Positions 48,833 through 59,304 of a stretch of 64,000 nucleotides of DNA are shown here, piece after piece. The stretch covers positions 2,240,001-2,304,000 of the forward strand of contig CBDCTJ010000007.1 in the NCBI GenBank assembly GCA_965222115.1. Direction: 5' to 3'. Each line of letters opens with the position of its first letter. Within the stretch, counting starts at the first letter, position 1. The translations under genes and the position numbers were made by a program. The notes under the pieces were generated by a model. It made no database searches. It saw nothing but the letters and a program-made list of their open reading frames with translations, and was not told where the DNA came from. Source of the stretch: Planctomycetota bacterium (lineage in GTDB: Bacteria > Planctomycetota > PLA2 > JAEUHO01).

Positions 48833-50151
48833 ATGGCCGCTACTTGCCCCATCCTGAGTATCAAGACACGGGCCTCAACTGGTTAGGTCCTATTCCAGCG
48901 TCCTGGAAGCTCAGGCGACTAGGGAGCTGTTTTAGGGAGCGAAGGACGAAAGTCAGCGATAAGGAATACGCCCCATTGTCTGTCACCATGCAAGGAGTGG
49001 TTCCGCAACTAGAGAACGCAGCGAAAACCAAAGATGGAGACAACCGAAAGCTGGTTCTAGAAGGAGACTTCGTGATTAACAGCCGGTCCGATCGGAAGGG
49101 TTCATCAGGCGTATCTCCGCGAGATGGCTCAGTTTCCCTGATTAGCATCGTCCTTGAGCCAAAGGAGATTCTCCCCTCGTTTGCGCATCACCTATTGAGA
49201 AGCCGCGCCTTTCAGCAGGAGTTTTATCGTTACGGAAAAGGTATAGTCGCAGATCTCTGGAGCACGAATTACTCGGCAATGAGGAACATTCTTATTCCAC
49301 TGGTGCCCGTAACCGAACAAGCCCAAATCGCTAAGTTCCTCGACTACGAGACGGCGAAGATTGATGCGCTGATTGCGAAACAGCAGCAACTCATTGCCTT
49401 GCTCAAAGAGAAACGTCAGGCCGTCATCAGCCATGCGGTCACCAAAGGCTTGAACCCCGACGCCCCCATGCGCGACTCCGGCGTCGCATGGTTGGGGGAG
49501 GTGCCAGCGCATTGGAGTGTGGCTCGACTGAAGCATCACGTTTGTCAGATAGTCGATGGCGCTCACTTTACGCCCACCTATGTTGAGGTTGGTGTGCCGT
49601 TTCTGAGAGTCACAGACATCCAGACGTTTCCAATCGACGAGTTATCAATCAAGCGAATCCCGCGTGTCGAGCATCGAGAACTTGTCAAGCGGTGCCGCCC
49701 GGAGCGCGGTGATCTACTGTTATCGAAAAATGGGACCATAGGCGTGCCTAGAGTAGTCGATTGGGACTGGGAATTCAGCATCTTTGTCAGCCTGTGCCTT
49801 ATCAAGCTCAAGACCACAGTTAATGTGCGGTTTGCTTACTACGTCTTCCTGACACACCAGATTCGAGAGCAGATTGTCGGCCTCACGAAGCAGAGCACGG
49901 TGGTCAATCTGCATTTGGATAAGATCCAGAATTTCTGGCTCGCTCTCCCCGAATACGAAGAGCAGGTAGCTATCGTCCAGTACTTGGACGAAGAGGTCGA
50001 ACTGTATGATTTGCAGATAAGGCGCAACTTCGACATGATTGAACTCCTCCAGGAACGCCGCACCGCCCTCGTCTCCGCCGCCGTCACCGGCAAAATCGAC
50101 GTACGCAAGTGGAAGCCCCCCGCATCCAAGTCCAAGGCGGAAGTCGCATGA
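48829..50151 (+). CDS. hsdS: Type I RM specificity subunit
   Basis: Two TRDs with EQ..I..LD conserved repeats, [22 protein letters not shown]. Confidence 0.95.
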   Translation: MNGRYLPHPEYQDTGLNWLGPIPASWKLRRLGSCFRERRTKVSDKEYAPLSVTMQGVVPQLENAAKTKDGDNRKLVLEGDFVINSRSDRKGSSGVSPRDGSVSLISIVLEPKEILPSFAHHLLRSRAFQQEFYRYGKGIVADLWSTNYSAMRNILIPLVPVTEQAQIAKFLDYETAKIDALIAKQQQLIALLKEKRQAVISHAVTKGLNPDAPMRDSGVAWLGEVPAHWSVARLKHHVCQIVDGAHFTPTYVEVGVPFLRVTDIQTFPIDELSIKRIPRVEHRELVKRCRPERGDLLLSKNGTIGVPRVVDWDWEFSIFVSLCLIKLKTTVNVRFAYYVFLTHQIREQIVGLTKQSTVVNLHLDKIQNFWLALPEYEEQVAIVQYLDEEVELYDLQIRRNFDMIELLQERRTALVSAAVTGKIDVRKWKPPASKSKAEVA

Positions 50152-53100
50152 ACGCCGACGCACGAGAAGCCGCGTTCCAGAACGACATCATCAACCAGAT
50201 GTGCGCTGCCGGTTGGGTGCCCGGCAAGCAAGATGGCTACGACCGAGAATCCGCCCTCTACTCCCAAGACTGCCTCGACTACGTCAAGACCACACAGCCC
50301 AAGACGTGGGAGAAGTACAAGAAGCTCTACCCGAACGATCCCGACAAGGCGTTCCTCACCAAACTCGCCGCGCAACTCGGTAAGGCCGATCCCCGCGCGT
50401 CCGACAAAAATCTCCGCACCTTCGGAACGCTCGGTGTGTTGCGCAAGGGACTGCGCGACAAATCGGCGTCGTTCAAGCTCTGCCAGTTCAAGCCCGAAGT
50501 CGGGCTCAATCCCGACACGCAGGCCATGTACAAGGGCAACATCCTGCGCGTGGTGCCCGAGCTGGTCTATAGCCCTTACGCAACGAACGAACACTTCGAA
50601 GCCACGGGGTTGAAGGCCAAGGCGTGGCGCATCGACCTCGTGCTCTTCCTCAATGGAATCCCCATTGTGACCATGGAGCTCAAGAGCGAGTTCAAGCAAG
50701 CGGTTGAGAACGCGAAGAAGCAGTACAAGCGCACGCGGCTTCCCAAAGACCCGGTGACCAGTAAGGCCGAGCCGTTGCTGACATTCAAGCGGGGTGCCCT
50801 CGTTCACTTCGCGGTGAGTCAGGCCGAGGCCTACATGACCACCAAGCTCGCGGGCAATGACACCTATTTTCTTCCCTTTAACAAGGGCACCAAGGATGGC
50901 GGCGCTGGCAACGATATCCCTGAAGACATTCATACCTACGCCACGGCATACCTCTGGAACGACGTGCTTGCTCCCGACAACATCCTTCAGATCATCGGGC
51001 GCTTCATTCACCTTGAGATCAAAGAGACTGAGGAATGGGGAGGGCGCAAGAAGAAGAAGGAGACCATGATCTTCCCTCGCTATCACCAGTGGGATCTGGT
51101 GACGCGCCTTATCGCGGCGAGCCGAGAAGAGGGTCCGGGCCATAAGTATCTTGCCCAGCACAGCGCGGGCTCGGGCAAGTCCAACTCGATTGCCTGGACC
51201 GCACACCAGCTTGCCTCGCTCCATGATGAGCAGGGCGAGAAGGTCTTTCATTCCGTAATTGTGGTGACCGATCGCACCGTTCTCGATGATCAGCTTCAAG
51301 ACACCATCTACCAGTTCGACCACGCCGATGGCGTTGTGGGGCGCATCAATCGTGAGGAGGGACAGGGTTCCAAGTCGGAGAAGCTCGCCAAGGCGCTTGA
51401 GGACAGTCAGCCGATTGTGATTGTGACTATACAGACCTTCCCACACGTCTTAGACGCGATTGAAAACAGTCTGACGCTCAAGAAGCGCTGCTACGCCATC
51501 ATTGCCGATGAGGCCCACTCTTCGCAGTCGGGCAGCACGGCCAGCAAGATGAAGGCGGTACTTACGAATGAAGCCGCTGACAACCCGGAGCTTGTGACAG
51601 GCGAGGACCTACTCAATGAGCGCGTCGCGTCGCGCCGGGCATCGCCCAACTTGAGCTACTACGCCTTTACCGCCACGCCCAAGAGCAAAACGATTGAGCT
51701 CTTTGGTCGTGTACCCAATCCGTCCGAGCCGCCGTCCGACACCAATAAGCCGCGCGCGTTCCATATCTATAGTATGCGCCAGGCCATTGAAGAGGGGTAC
51801 ATCCTCGACGTCCTCAAGAACTACACGAGCTACAAAGTGGCCTACAACCTTGCGCAGCGTATGGACAAGGCCGACACGGAGGTGGATGCCAAGAAGGCCA
51901 AAGTCAAGCTCGGTCAGTGGGTGCGCCTTCACGACTATAACATCTCTCAGAAGGTGCAGGTTATCGTCGAGCACTACCGAGAACATGTGATGGGACTCTT
52001 AAACGGTCGCGCCAAGGCGATGGTCGTGACGGGCTCTCGCAAAGAAGCGGTTCGCTACAAGCTTGAGTTCGACAAGTACGTCCAGAAGCGCAAGTACAGT
52101 CGATTGCGCGCGATGGTGGCATTTTCGGGCGAAGTGAAGTTTAGCGCCTCCGATCCCCATGCGGCGGGACTGGTGGGGGAAGCCTTTACCGAGACGGGCA
52201 TGAACCCGGGGCTCAAAGGCCGCGATATGCGCAAGGCGTTCGATACCGATGAGTATCACGTGATGATTGTGGCCAATAAGTTTCAGACCGGCTTTGATCA
52301 ACCCAAGCTCTGCGCCATGTACGTCGATAAGAAGCTGGGTGGTCTTGATTGCGTGCAGACGCTCTCGCGCCTCAACCGTACCTATCCGGGCAAGGTGACC
52401 TACGTCCTCGATTTTTTTAACGACCCCGAAGAGGTGCTGGCGGCGTTTCAGGAGTACTACGAGACCGCGGAATTGCTCGATGTCTCGGATCCCAATGTCA
52501 TTTGGGATCTTTTCGAGAAGCTGCGAAGTGCCCAGATCTTTCAATGGACTGAAGTTGTGCAGTTTACGGAGGTCTTTTTCATCAAGAGCAAGAGCAATGC
52601 GGCCATTATCAACGTGTGTCGGCCCGCCGTCGAGCGTTGGCAGGCGCGCTACCAACAGGCCTACGACAGCGTAGTGTTTCACAAGGGGCAGCTCGATCAG
52701 GCCAAGGCACGCGGCGACGCGACCGCCATAGCAAACGCCGAGTCCGACGTAAAGGACGCCCAGGAGCGACTCGACGCATTGGGCGTGTTCAAATCGGATC
52801 TCGTTTCGTTTACCCGATACTACGAGTTCATGTCGCAGATTGTTGACTACGAGAGCACCGACTTGGAGAGCCTCAGCCTCTACGCCCGTCATCTCGCCCC
52901 GTTGCTACGCGAGAAGACTCCCGATGACGATCCCATCGATTTGAGCTCGGTGCAGCTCAGTCACTACCGGCTCTCGTTTCTCAGGAAACAGGATCTCATG
53001 CTCGTTAAGGATGGTCCCACGGAAGGTCTTTCGCCGGCAGGGGATCTAGGCACGGGCAAGGGGCGAAGCAAGGAGGAAGAGTGGCTTTCGCAGATCATCA

Positions 53101-53399
53101 GTCGCTTGAATGAACTCTTCATCACCGACGGTCTCACCGACAGCGATCTCATCAACTACGCCAACACCATTCGCGACAAGATTAGCGAAAACAAGCGCGT
53201 CATGCACCAAATCGACAACAACTCACCTGAACAGGCGCTCCTCGGCGACTTCCCCGGCGCCCTCGACCAAGCCGTCATGAACAGCGGCGAGGCGCACGAG
53301 AATCAAATGATGCAGTACCTGGGCAGCAAGGAGATCCAGGCCAAGTTTCAGCGCATCGTATTCGATATGCTGCTGCGGAAGCGGGCGAGGGCGCCGTAA
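50148..53399 (+). CDS. hsdR: Type I RM restriction subunit
   Basis: IDLVLFLNGIP...ELK nuclease motif; HSAGSGKS, DEAH, FTATP, QTLSRLNR helicase motifs. Confidence 0.96.
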   Translation: MNADAREAAFQNDIINQMCAAGWVPGKQDGYDRESALYSQDCLDYVKTTQPKTWEKYKKLYPNDPDKAFLTKLAAQLGKADPRASDKNLRTFGTLGVLRKGLRDKSASFKLCQFKPEVGLNPDTQAMYKGNILRVVPELVYSPYATNEHFEATGLKAKAWRIDLVLFLNGIPIVTMELKSEFKQAVENAKKQYKRTRLPKDPVTSKAEPLLTFKRGALVHFAVSQAEAYMTTKLAGNDTYFLPFNKGTKDGGAGNDIPEDIHTYATAYLWNDVLAPDNILQIIGRFIHLEIKETEEWGGRKKKKETMIFPRYHQWDLVTRLIAASREEGPGHKYLAQHSAGSGKSNSIAWTAHQLASLHDEQGEKVFHSVIVVTDRTVLDDQLQDTIYQFDHADGVVGRINREEGQGSKSEKLAKALEDSQPIVIVTIQTFPHVLDAIENSLTLKKRCYAIIADEAHSSQSGSTASKMKAVLTNEAADNPELVTGEDLLNERVASRRASPNLSYYAFTATPKSKTIELFGRVPNPSEPPSDTNKPRAFHIYSMRQAIEEGYILDVLKNYTSYKVAYNLAQRMDKADTEVDAKKAKVKLGQWVRLHDYNISQKVQVIVEHYREHVMGLLNGRAKAMVVTGSRKEAVRYKLEFDKYVQKRKYSRLRAMVAFSGEVKFSASDPHAAGLVGEAFTETGMNPGLKGRDMRKAFDTDEYHVMIVANKFQTGFDQPKLCAMYVDKKLGGLDCVQTLSRLNRTYPGKVTYVLDFFNDPEEVLAAFQEYYETAELLDVSDPNVIWDLFEKLRSAQIFQWTEVVQFTEVFFIKSKSNAAIINVCRPAVERWQARYQQAYDSVVFHKGQLDQAKARGDATAIANAESDVKDAQERLDALGVFKSDLVSFTRYYEFMSQIVDYESTDLESLSLYARHLAPLLREKTPDDDPIDLSSVQLSHYRLSFLRKQDLMLVKDGPTEGLSPAGDLGTGKGRSKEEEWLSQIISRLNELFITDGLTDSDLINYANTIRDKISENKRVMHQIDNNSPEQALLGDFPGALDQAVMNSGEAHENQMMQYLGSKEIQAKFQRIVFDMLLRKRARAP

Positions 53400-53464
53400 C
53401 GGGAACGCCATTCGTTAGCTATCAGACGTTCTGTTCACTTGAGGCCAAGATGCCAGCTCGCACC

Positions 53465-54634
53465 TTACTCTGTGTCAACTATCGCCCAAACTAGAGTCTT
53501 GGGATTCATCTGCCCTGAAGGCGGACTTGATTGTAGTTGACCACGTTTTCTCAGCTCGGTCACACGCTTCCTTATCTCGCTCGAGCTAATGAGACCAAGA
53601 CGTTGCTCTCGCGACAATCGTTCGATGACACGCACGATAAGATCCTTCCTCATGATTCGATTCCGAGCCTGATCGAGAATCAAGTCATCGAGTCCTTCTG
53701 GTTTATGTCGGAGTGCTACCGTCGCCGTTGGCTCGAAGAGTGGGAGATCCGTCTTTGCTGCTTGGGCAAGAAACTCGTTGTGCCCCTTGCACATGGCGTC
53801 GTTCATCAACGTTAAGGCCACCCGGCTGCGGCTGGCAAACACGAGGAAGTACTTCGGGACCTTGTGTTTCCAGCCCCCATAAACTTCGAAGAAGCACACC
53901 TCTTTAAGAGTATCGCGAAGTCGTTTCGTAAGCTCAAGCACAATCGAGCCAGCCTGATGAATTCTATCATTGTCGTCTGAAACCAATGGGCGCCACCAGT
54001 TACCACCAACGGCTGCATCAAGTCGGGCAGCATTCGCGCCTTGTCCCTGCCACTCTTCATAGTCCTCGTCGTCCACGTCCTCTAAGTCAGCAGTCTCCAA
54101 CGCGAGCGCGGCGCGGGCTCTCCGCACAAAGGCATGTGCATTAAAATTTAGTAGAAGCTCGATGCTTTGCCTCTCACGGACGAGGTTTAGGATGGACGTG
54201 ATGGCAGCCCAATCGAGTCCCGCTATCGCGCATGGATCCAGGTACAAGAACGTGGTTCTGCCCTTGGCAAGCTCACGTATGCGGGGGACGGCATCCACGA
54301 ACTCAGACTGTTTGAATTCAGCAAAGTCAAACTTCTTCATCTCATCGTTGAGCGCAGCAGCCAAGATCGGATTGCGCTCCACCACCAGTAGTCTCGGGGT
54401 GGGCGTGACTCCCGAATTCTCGATCGACTCGGCGAGGATTACGGGCGAGCCAACCTCCCCCGACTTAAATCGTCCTGGGCCCGCAAAGCCATCGACGAGC
54501 AAGATCGGTTGCTTTACTGCGCGCGAAAGTATCTGGAGATACGGCGGAATGTACTCACGTAAGATCCGGTCCTTTTGCCGGGACCAAGGGCGCTTCTCCT
54601 TAAAGAAGTCAAGGGGGTCCACGCTCGGTACCAA
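53465..54634 (-). CDS. tcmP: Three-Cys-motif partner protein (TcmP-like, Rossmann MTase fold + C-terminal wHTH)
   Basis: WS..K..IL..Y, VDGFAGPG..GSP, FLYLDP, ELLLNF, YFLVFAS; directly downstream of the DUF5131 gene. Confidence 0.8.
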   Translation of the reverse strand: MVPSVDPLDFFKEKRPWSRQKDRILREYIPPYLQILSRAVKQPILLVDGFAGPGRFKSGEVGSPVILAESIENSGVTPTPRLLVVERNPILAAALNDEMKKFDFAEFKQSEFVDAVPRIRELAKGRTTFLYLDPCAIAGLDWAAITSILNLVRERQSIELLLNFNAHAFVRRARAALALETADLEDVDDEDYEEWQGQGANAARLDAAVGGNWWRPLVSDDNDRIHQAGSIVLELTKRLRDTLKEVCFFEVYGGWKHKVPKYFLVFASRSRVALTLMNDAMCKGHNEFLAQAAKTDLPLFEPTATVALRHKPEGLDDLILDQARNRIMRKDLIVRVIERLSREQRLGLISSSEIRKRVTELRKRGQLQSSPPSGQMNPKTLVWAIVDTE

Positions 54635-54636
54635 GC

Positions 54637-55386
54637 TCAGATTCCCTCTGCCAATACGACTGGGAACTCACTCCAATGCCTTCCGTCAAGCATCCGACCG
54701 TTGGCCTTGTTAAATCTCCCACCCCATTGCTTGAAGAAAAACGGAACTGAGGCGGATACGCATTGTTGCTGAATCTGTCGGACCCAATCAGGGCTCATGG
54801 GTCGTGACTTAGCCCCGGATTCACCTCCAACGATAACCCAGTCGATTCCATCTAGCGGGATGCCTCGGAGTTCTCCAAGCAGCGGCTCGATTGACAAAAA
54901 TCGCAGCGCGGCAGGAACTTCTCGAAGTTCGTGGACTCTGTCAATAACGTCCATTCGCTCGACGCTTGTGCCGAACCAGACATTTGGTCGCGGCGAGTGG
55001 AGCCAGTTGTTGGGAATCGCCGCACGAACTCTATGCGGTCGCTTCGTCAGCAAGAGCCAATCCAAGTTGGGCGTCTCTTGAATCAGATTCCACAATCGAA
55101 TCTGGTCTTCTTCCGGCGCCATTTCATCGAATACATCTGCCATCGAAGCGCAAAAGACTCGCCTACGCACGCCTGCAATCCCGGCGTCTCGGTTCCATCG
55201 CAAGGGCTTTGCCCAATGTGCATCTCCAAATCGGCGGCGATCGCCGCGCTTGCCCCAGACGTTGTGTCCGAACCGTTTCGCAAACACTTCGGCGTAGCAG
55301 TTCTCACAACCCGAGCTCACCTTGGCGCAACCCCACCAGGGATTGAACGTGTCGTCGGTCCATTCGATTGGGCTATCCTTGGCCAT
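54637..55386 (-). CDS. DUF5131 / phage Gp37-Gp68 family protein (three-Cys, radical-SAM-like)
   Basis: IEWTD.TFNPWWGC.KVS.GCENCYAE, SMADVF, LLTKRP, SIEPLLG, WVIVGGESG, FFFKQWGG. Confidence 0.92.
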   Translation of the reverse strand: MAKDSPIEWTDDTFNPWWGCAKVSSGCENCYAEVFAKRFGHNVWGKRGDRRRFGDAHWAKPLRWNRDAGIAGVRRRVFCASMADVFDEMAPEEDQIRLWNLIQETPNLDWLLLTKRPHRVRAAIPNNWLHSPRPNVWFGTSVERMDVIDRVHELREVPAALRFLSIEPLLGELRGIPLDGIDWVIVGGESGAKSRPMSPDWVRQIQQQCVSASVPFFFKQWGGRFNKANGRMLDGRHWSEFPVVLAEGI

Positions 55387-55656
55387 TACAAACAATATCC
55401 TAACATGATGGAATGACAACGTCCATCGAGGGTGGGCGAGTCTGTTGATGGAGGAGGTGTCTCTCGGTTTGACCTTGTGGATTGAGCGAATCAATCATCG
55501 TACTCCCCACATGCTTGTCAGCGCGACACCTCAAATTATGCCCATGTAATTGACGCTAGACGTTCGGCAGCACCGCGAGTTCGTAAATGTCTAATTCATG
55601 GTGCTTTACAGGCGTCAGGTTCGAAATCGCTTGGTATCTGAGCGCATTCTCAAAAC

Positions 55657-55702
55657 TGACTAGTTTACTTGTCAATACTTATGATGACCAGTAAACTAGT
55701 CA
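55657..55702 (+). promoter_or_regulatory. Sigma70-type promoter overlapped by a perfect 13-bp inverted repeat (operator candidate)
   Basis: TTGTCA(55669)-N17-TAAACT(55692); arms TGACTAGTTTACT / AGTAAACTAGTCA. Confidence 0.7.
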
Positions 55703-55704
55703 AT

Positions 55705-56883
55705 ATGCCTCGAAGCGACCTCCTCCAAATCGCTCGCGACTCGTCCTACTGGGACCGTGAACCACCACCATCGATCCCTCGTCGCGTCGATCTTCCGAGC
55801 GAGTTGCGTCCCGACTTGGCGTTGGTTGTTCAGGGGGTGAGGCGGTGCGGGAAATCGACGTTGTTGGGTCAGCTTGTGGAGCGTTACGCGTTGGATCGGC
55901 AGAGGTGCTTGTTCATGAACTTCGAGGATCCTCGTGTGGCGGGATCACTCGACTTCGAGCTCCTACAGAAGTTGGTTGATGAGTTTGAGGCCAGCTTGTG
56001 TGACCCCGCTGCGAGGAACGCACCCGTGGCGTACTTCTTTGATGAGATACAGCATGTGGATGGGTGGCAGCGATGGCTTCGTAGTCAGCTTGATCGGCCG
56101 AGCCATCGTCGCTTTGTTGTGACGGGTTCAAACGGGCGACTGCTTTCGGGGGAACTTGGGTCGAGTCTTACCGGTCGGCACCTTGCGGTTGAGTTGTTTC
56201 CATTTGATCTGGAAGAAGTTCGGCTCAAGGATCCCACGATGGGGGTAAGGGAGTACCTGCACGCTGGGGGCTTCCCCGCGCCGCTTGGCTCAGAGGATGG
56301 TGATCGCATTCGCCGGACGTATTTCAATGACATCGTGGAGCGCGATGTGCGTGAGCGTGTGTCGGCTCGATCGAGTGCTCCGCTTCGTAGGCTAGGGCAG
56401 ATGCTCTTTGAATCGGCGGGGTCTGAACTGAGCATGCGACGGATTGCGGCAGCGCTCGGGATAGCGCCGGATACGGCGTCTCTATATGTAGGGGCATTGG
56501 AGGATGCGTATCTTGTGTTCTCGTGCCCGTTCTTTGCTTGGTCTGAACGCAAGCGCTCGATTCGAAATAAGAAGTATTATCCCGTTGACACAGGACTCAG
56601 GCGGTGTGTGGTCACGCGAACGGGTAAGGACCTCGGAAAGATGCTCGAGTGTGCCACGTACTTGAAACTTCGGAGGACGACAAGAGACATCTACTACTGG
56701 CGTGGTCGAGGCGAGGTCGACTTCGTAGTCTTGGTCGATGGGGCGCCCACGCCCGTTCAAGTGAGTTGGGAGGGTCCTTCGGAGCGACACATGGCGGCGC
56801 TCGATGAGTTTTATGAGGCGCATCCGCAAGCGAACGAGGCGGTTACGGTCACAGGGGAGTCGTTTGAACTGCTAGTGGGATAA
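55705..56883 (+). CDS. AAA_14 ATPase with DUF4143 (wHTH + PD-(D/E)xK-like) domain
   Basis: GVRRCGKST, FFDEIQ, VTGS, LTGR, GGFP, K.Y..DTGL, EVDFV. Confidence 0.9.
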   Translation: MPRSDLLQIARDSSYWDREPPPSIPRRVDLPSELRPDLALVVQGVRRCGKSTLLGQLVERYALDRQRCLFMNFEDPRVAGSLDFELLQKLVDEFEASLCDPAARNAPVAYFFDEIQHVDGWQRWLRSQLDRPSHRRFVVTGSNGRLLSGELGSSLTGRHLAVELFPFDLEEVRLKDPTMGVREYLHAGGFPAPLGSEDGDRIRRTYFNDIVERDVRERVSARSSAPLRRLGQMLFESAGSELSMRRIAAALGIAPDTASLYVGALEDAYLVFSCPFFAWSERKRSIRNKKYYPVDTGLRRCVVTRTGKDLGKMLECATYLKLRRTTRDIYYWRGRGEVDFVVLVDGAPTPVQVSWEGPSERHMAALDEFYEAHPQANEAVTVTGESFELLVG

Positions 56884-56962
56884 CGATAGAGATGCCTATT
56901 CGAGCGCGTGTGTATTCACCCCCTAACGCACGTCTTGGGTCACACGCTTTCTGATAGAGTGC

Positions 56963-58900
56963 TTGCCCGTGAGAATTCCAATACAAATACTCTTGGTTGG
57001 CGCGCTTGTATTGGCAGTCCTCGCGATTCGTTTGTCATTACAGCCACCTCTACCACGCTATCCCGAATTTAGATCCGTAACCGAAACCGAGAAAGAGGCC
57101 ATTCGCGCGGCGTTTTCGTTTGAAGAAAAACGCCTCACATTTCAGAGCACGAAGACGGCAGAACAACTTGCGGCGTCCTTGGAGCGCTTTCGTCCCATCG
57201 CTGTACTTGCGGCGTATCAAGATGCGTTTGATCGACTCAGGGGATCAAGCGTAAAGGAGATGTCCGCGACGTTGCTGGATCACGATCGTATGCCGATTGG
57301 AACTTGGCTGTCGAGCAAGCGCGATAGCAATCTCAATACCGTGCTGATTCGTATCCTGACCAATGAAGACGAGGCGTTCCCCATTCGCGATTCTGCGGCG
57401 GTTGCCCTTTGCTGGGAGGGGAACGAATCGGCTCTCAACGACCTATCCGATTTCGTCCTCGACATGAATGCGAGCCCTGACGTGCGCACGCGTGTGCTTG
57501 GGCGATTGCATCGTATTCGCGTTCGGCCGCCCAAGGCGTTCGACGTGCTCCTCCAGTTGCCGTTTCGGAATCACGACTTCTATGCGGCAGCCATCTTGGC
57601 GGTGGTCGGGGCGTCGCAGGCGCCACGTCTTGTGGCCGAGGGGCTTCTGCATGTTGGCGCAGACGATGATCTTGGCCATGTACTGGCCCTGGCTTCGGAG
57701 GCTATCGCTGCGGATGACACGCGCGTTGTCGCACTTGCACGGGTTGCGCAACGGCGAATCGTCGATGCCTGGCTTGCTAGGGATCTAGGTGACGAGCCCT
57801 TGCCGACGTTTCCCATGGAGGCTCTCTCGGGCGCCGACGTACCTGAGGATGTATTGACACGTTTGAAGGATCGGACCTACTCATCGCGTGACGCACTCCA
57901 TGCGCTTGGCGCCGTGTTTACGCAGTGGATCAGTGATCATCCCCAGGTGTTGGATAGTGATTTCGAGCGTCGATGGACGCGGCACACGCGGAGCGAGACG
58001 TACGAGCTTGCGCGCAAGACGCTAAAGGACAGCCTGGAGGGCCCAGTACGGTATGAGCCCTTTGATGTAGCTGCGGCGCACATTGCGAGTGTGACGAACC
58101 ATGAGGACCATTGTCCTCGCGTGTTGAACGCATTTGATCGTCTCGCACTATTGTTAGCCAAAGATATAGAAGGGCTTCGCGAGCCGGACGCAATCCTTCG
58201 ACAAATGCATCGTCGGCTTCTGCCACAACGGATTCGGTATCGATCCGGTTATGAGATGGATCCAAGTTCGTTTCTCTACAACGTATTGCATGACCGAACT
58301 GGAAATTGTGTGGGGCTGACGTCGCTCTACGTGGCACTTGGCCAGCGTTTGAATCTTCCGCTCGTGGCCGTGAGTTCACCGAGGCACGTGCATTTGCGCT
58401 GGAAAGATGCGCATACGACACTGGACATCGAACTCACTGATCGAGGTCGGATTCTTGATCCCAGCGAGATTAGCGGCAAACCCACGCGCGAATTGTCGAT
58501 GCGGGCGCTCGTTTCGATCGCGTTGTCGAATCGTTCCATGAGCTATGCACTATCGGAGCGACTAGCGGATACGCCCATGCGAAGACGTATAGCGAAAGCA
58601 TCTGCGTTGCGCGCGCAGGCGTGGGATCCGAAAAATGGCGGCGGCTATCTTGCACAGGCGATTTGTGAAACGATTGAGAAGAATCATGAGCGCGCCATCG
58701 AATGCGTAGAGCACGCCATGGCCTTAATGCCCAATGAAGCAGAGCCACTTGGAGCGATGGGGCAGGTCTTGCTTGAGCGTGGAGACATAAAAGATGCGCA
58801 AGCATGGTTCGAACGCGCGCTTCGGATTGATCCGGAAAATGAAGTGGCGAAACGTGGCATTGAGCTGTGTCAGACTCGGGCCCAAAGCGGTTCGAGATGA
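56963..58900 (+). CDS. Transglutaminase-like (SirB1/Transglut_core2-type) protein with HEAT-like and TPR repeats
   Basis: GNCVGLTSLY..LG..L.LP..V..P.HV.LR..IE; C-terminal TPR; N-terminal TM. Confidence 0.75.
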   Translation: MPVRIPIQILLVGALVLAVLAIRLSLQPPLPRYPEFRSVTETEKEAIRAAFSFEEKRLTFQSTKTAEQLAASLERFRPIAVLAAYQDAFDRLRGSSVKEMSATLLDHDRMPIGTWLSSKRDSNLNTVLIRILTNEDEAFPIRDSAAVALCWEGNESALNDLSDFVLDMNASPDVRTRVLGRLHRIRVRPPKAFDVLLQLPFRNHDFYAAAILAVVGASQAPRLVAEGLLHVGADDDLGHVLALASEAIAADDTRVVALARVAQRRIVDAWLARDLGDEPLPTFPMEALSGADVPEDVLTRLKDRTYSSRDALHALGAVFTQWISDHPQVLDSDFERRWTRHTRSETYELARKTLKDSLEGPVRYEPFDVAAAHIASVTNHEDHCPRVLNAFDRLALLLAKDIEGLREPDAILRQMHRRLLPQRIRYRSGYEMDPSSFLYNVLHDRTGNCVGLTSLYVALGQRLNLPLVAVSSPRHVHLRWKDAHTTLDIELTDRGRILDPSEISGKPTRELSMRALVSIALSNRSMSYALSERLADTPMRRRIAKASALRAQAWDPKNGGGYLAQAICETIEKNHERAIECVEHAMALMPNEAEPLGAMGQVLLERGDIKDAQAWFERALRIDPENEVAKRGIELCQTRAQSGSR

Positions 58901-59020
58901 GTGGGATTCGGAGTATGCCCCAATTCCACACGTTTCGTTCGGTCGTGCTCGGCCACCAACGCGCACGCGATACGCAACGATTCGTTCGCGGCTCGCGGCA
59001 CGCCGGGCTATCATGCGTGC

Positions 59021-59275
59021 ATGACTGACCAGGACGTCATCGCACGAATCACGACCGATCCCGAGATCTTTGGGGGCAAGCCCATCGTGCGTGGACGGCG
59101 ACTCGCGGTCGAGCATGTGTTGTCGATGTTGGAGGCGGGTGACGACATCGAGACAATCCTCGAAGGCTATCCCTGGCTAGAGCGTGAAGACATCTTGGCA
59201 TGCATTGGCTACGCGCAACGGATCGTGGCCAATGAACGTATTGAACTCAGATCCGTCGATACCGGTACGGAGTGA
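59021..59275 (+). CDS. DUF433-family antitoxin
   Basis: RITTDPEIFGGKPIVRGRRLAVEHVL..L..G..IL.YP.L..EDI.ACI.YA. Confidence 0.92.
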   Translation: MTDQDVIARITTDPEIFGGKPIVRGRRLAVEHVLSMLEAGDDIETILEGYPWLEREDILACIGYAQRIVANERIELRSVDTGTE

Positions 59276-59304
59276 GGCTATTAGTAGACGCGTGCGTGTG
59301 GGGT
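59272..59304 (+). pseudogene. 5' stub of a DUF5615/PIN-like toxin truncated by the repeat element
   Basis: GTGA overlap with the DUF433 stop; MRLLVDACVWG then joins repeat copy D. Confidence 0.65.

Noticed and set aside
49839-51446. 535-aa antisense ORF
   Set aside because: Shadow of hsdS/hsdR on the opposite strand
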